The notes below the pieces were generated by a model, which was not told the origin of the DNA, made no database searches, and saw only the letters and a list, made by a program, of their open reading frames with translations. This document shows positions 36,844 to 44,814 of a DNA stretch of 64,000 nt, piece after piece (position 1 is the first letter of the stretch; each line of letters starts with the position of its first letter). Source of the DNA: Candidatus Latescibacterota bacterium (lineage in GTDB: Bacteria > Latescibacterota > UBA2968 > UBA8231); NCBI GenBank assembly GCA_965204725.1, contig OZ242005.1, forward strand, positions 4,816,079 through 4,880,078, read 5' to 3'. The translations under genes and the position numbers were made by a program.

Positions 36844-37038
36844 CTAGAAGCAAGAAAAAGCGACGCTATGGACTGCTACGGAAACAGCGAAAGCACCGAC
36901 TATGCCGCCCGTGGGGACGAACGTGGCTACGCTAAGGCCGAGACCTAGAACGGACAATCCGCATTCGACCCCGTATCCGCACACAGACGCGTTTCCGCCA
37001 TACGGACGCAACGTGCGTTTCCTCAAAGTACGGGTCAT
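36844..37038 (-). CDS. 64-aa Gly/Ala/Val-rich, 3-Cys hydrophobic peptide (candidate bacteriocin-like precursor or membrane toxin)
   Basis: AGGAGG lies 8 nt upstream of ATG 37038 (AAAGGAGGTGATAGATATG). Product: MTRTLRKRTLRPYGGNASVCGYGVECGLSVLGLGLSVATFVPTGGIVGAFAVSVAVHSVAFSCF. The track ORF starts 3 codons earlier at a GTG inside the RBS. Confidence 0.6.
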   Translation of the reverse strand: MTRTLRKRTLRPYGGNASVCGYGVECGLSVLGLGLSVATFVPTGGIVGAFAVSVAVHSVAFSCF

Positions 37039-37140
37039 ATCTATCACCTCCTTTCTATATTGGATTTGTGAATCCGTTCGGCGACCCGCGGGTCTGCAAC
37101 TATGTAACTAGTATTAGACACGCGTCTACTGAACGGTTCA

Positions 37141-38595
37141 TTAAGTCAACCTGTGGGAGATGCCCATGCTTTGAAAAATAGCCTGGGCCGTAGCCTTGTA
37201 TTCCGCAGCTGCATTAGTCCTCCCTTCTTGAGTGGCGATCTGAGACAAAGCTTCTAGTGCCTTGCCTTGGTCAATTCGACTGCCAACTTGCTCGCTCTTA
37301 TGCAACACCTCTTGGCAACATGAAGCAGCCTTCTCGAAATGTCCCTGACTAGTATATACTGAGCTTAAGTAATGGCCTATCTGCATTTCTAAGGTAGGTA
37401 GGCCCATCTTATAGCATTGGTCTACGAACCGTCGGAGAGAGAGAATTGTCGCCTCCACATCACTTCCGCCGGACAGCATTGAGAGCAGGATTTCGCACTC
37501 TAGAGCCAAGGGACGCAACCCTGATTGCTGAGCTAGAGTCAGAGCCTTGGCCAAGAGCTCCTGAGCTTGGGCGGTAATTCCCAACCGCAACAGGCACCTG
37601 CCCCATGTCAAACGGCTTCTGACTTGACCGCGCCTGTAGCGGAGGTGTTCCTCTAAGTCAATCGCCTCTGCGAAATAGCGGCCGCCGTTTTTCATGTCAC
37701 CGCTGCTTAGATGCATTAGTCCGCGTAAGCCCAACACTCTCCCTTTGGCGTGAGCGTCGTCCAAGCTCTCGTATAGCTCTTGCGCTGCGTCAATGTGGTG
37801 GCTAGCGTCATTCCTCCCTTGCAAAAGCCATAGGTAGGCCAATTGCAGGTGCAGCCGGCCTACGACATTAATTCTCCGCCTGCTTATTTGGACCAGTGCT
37901 TCACGGAGCACCGTTTCGCCATCGTGGAACTTGCCCATGGCCGTGAGCAATCCGCCTTTGACCAACGCTCTCGACGCGGCTGCCTCCACTGTATCCTGTC
38001 GTTTCGTGATGCTGTAAATTCCTTCGTCGCAAAGCTGGAGGCCTTGGTAGTATTGTCCGCGGTGCATGCAGAGAAGAGCTAATCGAGTCTTGACGAAATT
38101 CACGTGGTGGCCCTCGTCTTCCGTTTTCAATACGCCGGTCGCCTCTTCGAGACACCTGTTAGCCCCGGTCCAATCCCCCATATCTTGCAGGACTTGGGCG
38201 CGATTGATTTGTATCAGTCCTTGGAACTGCTCCCATCCGCGCTCTGCGGCGAGGTTTGCGGAACGAGAGAAGACAGCTTCGGCACTGTATAGATCGGATG
38301 TGAGGACACAGGCTACTCCTTGTGCCGCTTGGGCTATCAGGCTTGCGGTGGCCGTGTCGGAAGAAGCGTACAATTCCGCCGCTTCCTCGTATTTCTTAGC
38401 TGCGAAAGCCTCTTCGCCCCGCCGAAAACGATCGATTGCTAGTTCGTGCTTTGGCTCGGGTAGGGACTGTAATTCTTCCTGTAAGTCTTTTTCATTTGGC
38501 TTGAAAAACTGCTGACTATCGTCGGGTAGTTGAACTTCTGCGAAACCCTCTACCTCTTTCGCTTTCAGCTTGCGTATCCAGTGGTTCCTGATCAT
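37141..38595 (-). CDS. Soluble TPR-repeat protein (484 aa), no other recognisable domain
   Basis: Repeated about 40-residue helical hairpins with TPR-like A/L/Y/G spacing along the whole length. No TM helix, no HTH that I can see. Confidence 0.7.
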   Translation of the reverse strand: MIRNHWIRKLKAKEVEGFAEVQLPDDSQQFFKPNEKDLQEELQSLPEPKHELAIDRFRRGEEAFAAKKYEEAAELYASSDTATASLIAQAAQGVACVLTSDLYSAEAVFSRSANLAAERGWEQFQGLIQINRAQVLQDMGDWTGANRCLEEATGVLKTEDEGHHVNFVKTRLALLCMHRGQYYQGLQLCDEGIYSITKRQDTVEAAASRALVKGGLLTAMGKFHDGETVLREALVQISRRRINVVGRLHLQLAYLWLLQGRNDASHHIDAAQELYESLDDAHAKGRVLGLRGLMHLSSGDMKNGGRYFAEAIDLEEHLRYRRGQVRSRLTWGRCLLRLGITAQAQELLAKALTLAQQSGLRPLALECEILLSMLSGGSDVEATILSLRRFVDQCYKMGLPTLEMQIGHYLSSVYTSQGHFEKAASCCQEVLHKSEQVGSRIDQGKALEALSQIATQEGRTNAAAEYKATAQAIFQSMGISHRLT

Positions 38596-39037
38596 ATGGT
38601 GCGTCCCTCAGTTTTAGCAGCCTTTCGCTTCTATGGTTGAAATCACTAAGAGAAACGAGCGCACGAAACAGAAGCCCGGCCCATGGAATTCCCCCACGCT
38701 TAGGACATTACTTCGGCTATCCGGTCCCGAGGGACGGTCGTTTTGCCCAAGCACTTGGGATTCAGCGGTTAGAGCCGGCATCTTCTAACTCCATGCGCTG
38801 AAAGGGAAGGCCCCGAGCACAAGTGGCTCAAGGTTGACTTTATCTGGGGAAGGTCCGCACCGCGCAACCGCGCATACCGGCGCACCCATAGCGGCTCCCA
38901 AGGCATACTCCGCTGTGGTAATAGAGCCGTACAGACCGCTACCCACTCGGCACCGAATGGCTCGCCAAGGGTGAGCAAGGCGATCCTCCGGCCCTTGATG
39001 GGGCTTAAAAACTCGTAGCCTAGAGGTCGAAAATTGA

Positions 39038-39050
39038 GGGGGGGGGGGGG
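39038..39050 (+). repeat. G13 homopolymer in a gene-poor spacer
   Basis: Counted directly: 3 G at 39038-39040 plus 10 G at 39041-39050. Confidence 0.9.
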
Positions 39051-39364
39051 TAAGTCCTTGTCTTACAACGACTTACGACGATTTTCTTAGGTAAAATTTT
39101 AGGACTGGAAGCAGATGTAAATATCGCGGCGGGCTTTGCCGGCGGCAACGTCGTCGCAAATGTGGGGTGATTTCTCATCTTCCAGTTCGTCCGTACGATG
39201 GGCGGAACAGCAGGCTCCGCGTTAGGGCTATAAGCATAAGGAAACGCCAAAAGGCTTGTCAAGAGAAAATTTAGCACATCCTGCCGCAAGCCGCGTCCCT
39301 TCCACGGCGATTGCGGCCGGCGGCCCATTTGCCTAATCTGAGTATTCTTCCCAAAGGAACGGCC

Positions 39365-39862
39365 ATGAGCCCCGAAGAACTCGACTATACCGAGTGGCGC
39401 GACAGCACGGGCGCACCGCTGACGAAAAGGCCCGACCGGCTCGGCGTGGCGACCAACGGCTTTATCCGCGACAAGACCGGCAAAATCCTACTGCAACAGC
39501 GTGCGGACAACGGCTTTTGGGGCATGCCCGGCGGCCAAGTCGAACTCGGGGAATCCGTTGAGCAGGGCGTGGTGCGCGAAGTCCATGAGGAAACTGGCTT
39601 ACAGGTGCGCGTTGAGCGGCTGATTGGGGTGTACTCGGGGCTAGAAAGCTATCCGTTCATGCGCTATCCCAACGGCACCATCGTCCACTACCTCACCGTC
39701 GTCTTTGCCTGCGACCCGGTCGCCGGCGCGTTGCGGCTCTCGGCCGAAAGCACGGACCTCGGCTATTTTGCCGCCGATGCCCTGCCCGCCCAGACCTTGC
39801 TCTCGCACCGCATCCGCATTGAGGACGCCCTGACCGGCCTAGTGTACCCGTTTATTCGCTGA
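39365..39862 (+). CDS. NUDIX hydrolase
   Basis: Nudix box GMPGGQVELGESVEQGVVREVHEETGL. I moved the start to ATG 39365 (MSPEELDY...). Confidence 0.85.
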   Translation: MSPEELDYTEWRDSTGAPLTKRPDRLGVATNGFIRDKTGKILLQQRADNGFWGMPGGQVELGESVEQGVVREVHEETGLQVRVERLIGVYSGLESYPFMRYPNGTIVHYLTVVFACDPVAGALRLSAESTDLGYFAADALPAQTLLSHRIRIEDALTGLVYPFIR

Positions 39863-39950
39863 ATCCGCTGCTGTTGACCGCACTTTGCCCAACAGCAGAT
39901 ATTTCTTTTTCGCTCGCCCCAACCTTCACCTCGCCAAGAAGAGGAACGAT

Positions 39951-40928
39951 ATGATCAAAATTGCCGAAGTTCTGCCCGATCACCCCACGCCGCTGTGGCG
40001 GATGGTCAAGCAATGCGGCGTCGACCACGTGGTCGGCGGCTTCTCCACCCCAGGCGACCCCGCCGACATCCATCCCGAGCAACGGCCTTGGAGCTACACC
40101 AACCTCGTGCGGCTAAAGACCGCGTTCAACGATGGCGGCTTCTCCCTCGACGTCATCGAGGCCCGCCCACCGCTCAACAAGGCCAAGCTCGGCCTCTCTG
40201 ACCGCGACGAGGAGATCGAATACGCCTGCGAGTTGATTCGCAACATGGGCCGGGTCGGCATTCCGGTCTGGTGCCCCGAGTGGATGCCCGTGCTCAACTG
40301 GACTCGCACCTCTATGGCGGCACCCGGGCGCGGCGGCGCCATGGTAACCGGCTTTGACAACGAGCTGATGAAAAACGCGCCCCTGACCGACGCGGGCGTC
40401 GTCACCGAGGAACAGCTTTGGGACAACCTGAAGTACTTCCTCGAAAAGGTCGTGCCGGTCGCCGAGGAAGCCGGCGTCAAACTCGCCATGCACCCGGACG
40501 ACCCGCCGCTATCGCCCCTCCGCGGCATGGGGCGGATCATGCGCAGCGTCGAAAACTACCAGAAGCTCCTCGACCTAGTCCCCAGTCCAGCCAACGGGAT
40601 ATGTCTGTGCCAAGGCAACTTTACCCTAATGACCGACAACTTGCCCGAAGTCATCCGCCACTTTGGCGACCGCATCTACTTCGTCCACTTCCGCGACGTG
40701 CGCGGCACACCCGAAAAATTCGTCGAGACCTTCCACGACGAAGGCAAAACCGACATGCGCGCCTGCATGGAAGCCTACCGCGACATTGGCTTTGAAGGCG
40801 TCCTGCGCCCCGACCACGTGCCGACGATGGAGGGCGACCGCAACGACAGCCCGGGCTATTCGTCGATCGGGCGCTTGTTTGCCATCGGCTACATTAAGGG
40901 GCTGCGCGAAGCCGTGTACGCGAATTAA
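39951..40928 (+). CDS. Mannonate dehydratase (UxuA)-family protein, copy 1
   Basis: Contains YFVHFRDVRGTPEKFVETFHDEGKTDM...GFEGVLRPDHVP, typical UxuA C-terminal blocks. I moved the start to ATG 39951, with GAGGA upstream. Confidence 0.75.
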   Translation: MIKIAEVLPDHPTPLWRMVKQCGVDHVVGGFSTPGDPADIHPEQRPWSYTNLVRLKTAFNDGGFSLDVIEARPPLNKAKLGLSDRDEEIEYACELIRNMGRVGIPVWCPEWMPVLNWTRTSMAAPGRGGAMVTGFDNELMKNAPLTDAGVVTEEQLWDNLKYFLEKVVPVAEEAGVKLAMHPDDPPLSPLRGMGRIMRSVENYQKLLDLVPSPANGICLCQGNFTLMTDNLPEVIRHFGDRIYFVHFRDVRGTPEKFVETFHDEGKTDMRACMEAYRDIGFEGVLRPDHVPTMEGDRNDSPGYSSIGRLFAIGYIKGLREAVYAN

Positions 40929-41036
40929 AGCCTGCTGCTAGGCGAGTCGTGTAGTAAGCATTCCATCTATAAACGCGCCCGGCGTCGTCAGAGCCGCACG
41001 CGAGCGCATGGGCACACAACAGGAGGTCGTCACCGC

Positions 41037-41867
41037 GTGAAACTCTACTACAGCACCTATGGCATGAAGCAACTCGATGTTTTTGAAGCCTTGCCGCGCC
41101 TCGCGGACATGGGGTACGAGGGCATGGAAATCGCCGTCACCCCGGGCTGGCCGACCGAGCCGGCCAACATGGACGCGGCCGGGCGCACAAGGCTCGCCGA
41201 CCTGTTCCGCCAGCTCGGCTTCCCGACGCCGGCACTCATGGCTCTGCTCTCGCCCTGCGTCGAGGGCGAGGGACGCGCTGCCGCGCTGGCGCAGTTCAGG
41301 GCGACCTTTGAACTGAGCCGGGCGCTTAGGCTCGACGACCGCCCAATGGTCGTCAGCACCACCCTCGGCCATCCCAAGCCCGCTTGGGAGACCGGCAAAG
41401 AGCGGATCGTCGAGCTAGTGCTCGAAGTGGCCGACATGGCCGCCGAATACGACGTCACCGTCGCCATCGAGCCACATGCCGGCGACGACTTTGAGACGCC
41501 GGAAAAGGCTGCTTGGCTCATGCAGCAAACCAACCACCCGCACCTCGGCCTCAATTTCGACTACAGCCACTTCTGGGTTGAGGGGATCGGCTTGCAGCGC
41601 TCGATTGACCTGAATCTCCAGTACTCGGTCCACAATCACATCAAGGACGGCTATCTCGACGAGGAAGGACGGGTCCGCTATCTCCTGCCCGGCAGCGGCA
41701 AGTTGGACGTGACGGCTTACTGCAAAGCCATGCAAGACGCTGGCTGGAACAAGTACCTTTGCCCAGAGGTCACCGGCCAAATATGGAACGCACCTGGGTA
41801 CGACGCTTGGAGCACAGCGCAATTTTGCTACGACTCGCTGGACGCGGCGCGGCAGGCATTGCGCTGA
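41037..41867 (+). CDS. Sugar phosphate isomerase/epimerase (xylose-isomerase-like TIM barrel)
   Basis: Contains MGYEGMEIAV, AIEPHAGD and the NFDYSHF pattern of the AP_endonuc_2 fold. GTG start with AGGAGG upstream. Confidence 0.7.
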   Translation: MKLYYSTYGMKQLDVFEALPRLADMGYEGMEIAVTPGWPTEPANMDAAGRTRLADLFRQLGFPTPALMALLSPCVEGEGRAAALAQFRATFELSRALRLDDRPMVVSTTLGHPKPAWETGKERIVELVLEVADMAAEYDVTVAIEPHAGDDFETPEKAAWLMQQTNHPHLGLNFDYSHFWVEGIGLQRSIDLNLQYSVHNHIKDGYLDEEGRVRYLLPGSGKLDVTAYCKAMQDAGWNKYLCPEVTGQIWNAPGYDAWSTAQFCYDSLDAARQALR

Positions 41868-41890
41868 GGACGAGTTGCCGACTTGCTGCC

Positions 41891-42838
<948 letters not shown>

Positions 42839-43047
42839 TCAGGGTGATAAAGTATAGTCAAATTATCGTATTGGGCGTGAGGCGATACTAGACCAGCGTC
42901 CTCATTTCCCGCTGGCCATCGGGCACCCCTTGCCATTTAGCAAGAGCTCGACATAATAACTGTAGGCCGAACAACCGCCGAAAGCATCGGATAAGTTGCT
43001 CGCTGCGCTCCCGATTCGGCGCGGCGTTGAACGAACAGGAGCATGAC

Positions 43048-44226
43048 ATGACCAAGACCGTGATTCTCGATACGAATGTGCTTTACGATATAGGATTGAA
43101 TCGAGTCCGCGTTGAGGACGTCAGGCGGCCTAGAGAGCATCTCTGTTACTCTCCAATCTCAATTATTGAGTTGGTATCTAAACTAGATGGCGGGTCGTTT
43201 GCAGACCGAAAGGCAGCGGCTGGCGTTATCCTCAAGCACCGCATAGACGAACTCCCGGACCCCGAATCACATCTGACTACGGCATTTGGCTACAAGCTAG
43301 CGGAACCTGCCCCTTCATACTCCGACGCTGTCCGAGCCTTGGCTAAAGGTCAGAGCCTTGAAGAGGTGAGGCGCGGCGTACCAGACTACGAGGTTCGGGT
43401 CCGACGGAGCTTGAATGTACCGTTTGCAGCGACTTGGCGTGAGAAGGGTGAGCAAGAATGGGTGGATTCTCTCATCACCCTGATGGAGGATAATATCCCG
43501 GGGTTTCAAAAGTGGTACACAAAGGATCCAGCAAAACGGTTCTCGTCTGTGCCTAAACTTCGAGGAGAGGAGAAAGAGAGGTTTCTCGCCGGAATGAAGT
43601 CAAGAGAGTGGTCTGCTCGAATTATATCCGCTTGTCAGATGCGCGCCTTCTTCAAAGCGGACAAAAACGACCTCCGTGTATTTACTAAGCAGAGAGCAAA
43701 TGGATTAGCCGCGGCCATTCCCAAGATAGAGTGCTACTCCCATATATACACGCACTACTTGATTCGCCTAATGACTGAGGGGGTCTTACCCAAGAAGAAC
43801 GATAGCGGGGATATTGATTTCTTTCTCTACTCGACTGACGATGACCACGTCGTGGCGACCAAAGACAATAGGTGGATCAACATTGCGGAGGCCGCAGGGT
43901 TCGCCCGAAGGATACGCCGGCACGGATGCGAGCTCAGAGAAGCCGCATCGGCTGAAAGTCGGAATCGTCCAGAGGAGGAGGCCGCCAGATATGGCAATAT
44001 GGACTTTGAAGACTGCATTGAAATCCGACCCGGTGTTCGCAGTGGCAAGCCCTGTTTCAAAGGCACCCGAATTACGGTCTATGATGTATTGGAATACTTA
44101 GAGGGGGGGATGACGGAGGTTGAGCTTTTAGACGATTTTCCGACTCTGACACCGCAGCACATCCGCGCCGCCCGGGCCTTTGCCGATGCCCATAAACTTC
44201 AGTTCGCACCCGGTTCCACGGCGTGA
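43048..44226 (+). CDS. Fusion protein: roughly 320-aa PIN-like N-terminal domain + C-terminal DUF433 (COG2442) domain
   Basis: N-terminus MTKTVILDTNVLYD (PIN first Asp), SPISIIEL, GDIDFFLY and HVVATKDNRW (PIN last-strand-like). C-terminus IEIRPGVRSGKPCFKGTRITVYDVLEYLEGGMTEVELLDDFPTLTPQHIRAA is a typical DUF433 sequence. AGGAG lies 6 nt before ATG 43048. Confidence 0.6.
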   Translation: MTKTVILDTNVLYDIGLNRVRVEDVRRPREHLCYSPISIIELVSKLDGGSFADRKAAAGVILKHRIDELPDPESHLTTAFGYKLAEPAPSYSDAVRALAKGQSLEEVRRGVPDYEVRVRRSLNVPFAATWREKGEQEWVDSLITLMEDNIPGFQKWYTKDPAKRFSSVPKLRGEEKERFLAGMKSREWSARIISACQMRAFFKADKNDLRVFTKQRANGLAAAIPKIECYSHIYTHYLIRLMTEGVLPKKNDSGDIDFFLYSTDDDHVVATKDNRWINIAEAAGFARRIRRHGCELREAASAESRNRPEEEAARYGNMDFEDCIEIRPGVRSGKPCFKGTRITVYDVLEYLEGGMTEVELLDDFPTLTPQHIRAARAFADAHKLQFAPGSTA

Positions 44227-44594
44227 AACTGCTCCTTGACGAGAACCTTAGCCATCGGCTCGTTGCACGACTTGAGACATCTTTTCCCGGCACCGTCAGT
44301 GTCGATTATATTGGGCTTCACAGCCAGCCTGATATCGCTATTTGGGCTTATGCCGCCGCACAGGGCTTTGCAATTGTGTCGAAGGATGAGGACCTTCGTC
44401 AACTCAGTTTCTTCCGAGGCCATCCGCCAAAGGTAATATGGCTTAATGTGGGAAACGCTGGGACCGACCGGGTTGCGGACTTGTTGCTGTGGAACAAAGA
44501 TCGGATCATCGCTTTTCTCGGCCAGCGTGAAGACTCTCTTCTCACTCTAGAATCGAGACAATCTGCCGATTATTCAGTTATGAACCGCCAATAA
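44223..44594 (+). CDS. DUF5615 (COG4634) PIN-like/Mut7-C-type putative toxin
   Basis: N-terminus MKLLLDENLSHRLVARLETSFPG...AIVSKDEDL. Its GTG start overlaps the upstream stop (GTGA at 44223-44226). Confidence 0.7.
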   Translation: MKLLLDENLSHRLVARLETSFPGTVSVDYIGLHSQPDIAIWAYAAAQGFAIVSKDEDLRQLSFFRGHPPKVIWLNVGNAGTDRVADLLLWNKDRIIAFLGQREDSLLTLESRQSADYSVMNRQ

Positions 44595-44630
44595 TCTGTA
44601 CACCCCAAGAACTCATGGAGGAATAACACC

Positions 44631-44810
44631 ATGTGGCGCGATATCATCGTAGAAGAAATTCGCCGCAATCGTCAGGTGTATGCAGCAAAATTTCATCACG
44701 ACATCAAAGCGATCTGCCGCGCCGCCCGCGAGCAGCAAAGAAAAAGCGGGCACAAGATCGTTTCTTTGCCGCCGCGACCTGTCGCAACAGCTACGGAGGA
44801 TAGAGGATAA
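44631..44810 (+). CDS. 59-aa hypothetical protein (below the ORF-track cutoff)
   Basis: Hand translation gives MWRDIIVEEIRRNRQVYAAKFHHDIKAICRAAREQQRKSGHKIVSLPPRPVATATEDRG. GGAGGA lies upstream (ATGGAGGAATAACACCATG). It ends 4 nt before the likely start of the RM gene. Confidence 0.5.
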   Translation: MWRDIIVEEIRRNRQVYAAKFHHDIKAICRAAREQQRKSGHKIVSLPPRPVATATEDRG

Positions 44811-44814
44811 TTTT

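Larger units (their letters stand above)
28204..38600. other. AT-richer genomic island, all genes on the minus strand, interrupted by IS copy 2
   Basis: Hand G+C counts on single 60-nt lines: 35% at 29101, 42% at 37321 and 53% at 34501. Flanking DNA gives 73% at 25081 and 62% at 40201. The boundaries are approximate. Confidence 0.6.

Noticed and set aside
38640-39010. Possible RNase P RNA, tmRNA or group II intron fragment, suggested by ACAGAAGCCCGGC at about 38668 and GGGGAAGGTCCGCACC at about 38845.
   Set aside because: The P4-like pieces are in the wrong order and spacing. There is no GGAAAGUCCGG...ACAGAA.CCGGCUUA pairing, no tRNA-like end and no domain V hairpin. By-eye evidence is insufficient, so I left it as an unexplained spacer.
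39020-39328. 102-aa ORF on the minus strand ending ...YPPPPSIFDL.
   Set aside because: It runs through the G13/C13 homopolymer, has no RBS and a low-complexity Pro/Ala-rich translation. It is more likely non-coding or a decayed remnant.
44680-44814. Track start of the 1108-aa RM ORF at 44680.
   Set aside because: The first 45 codons overlap a 59-aa ORF that has its own RBS. The conserved-looking N-terminus (STYLNDLTAVV...ESFYPALADML) follows the GTG at 44815, which has GAGGA upstream.
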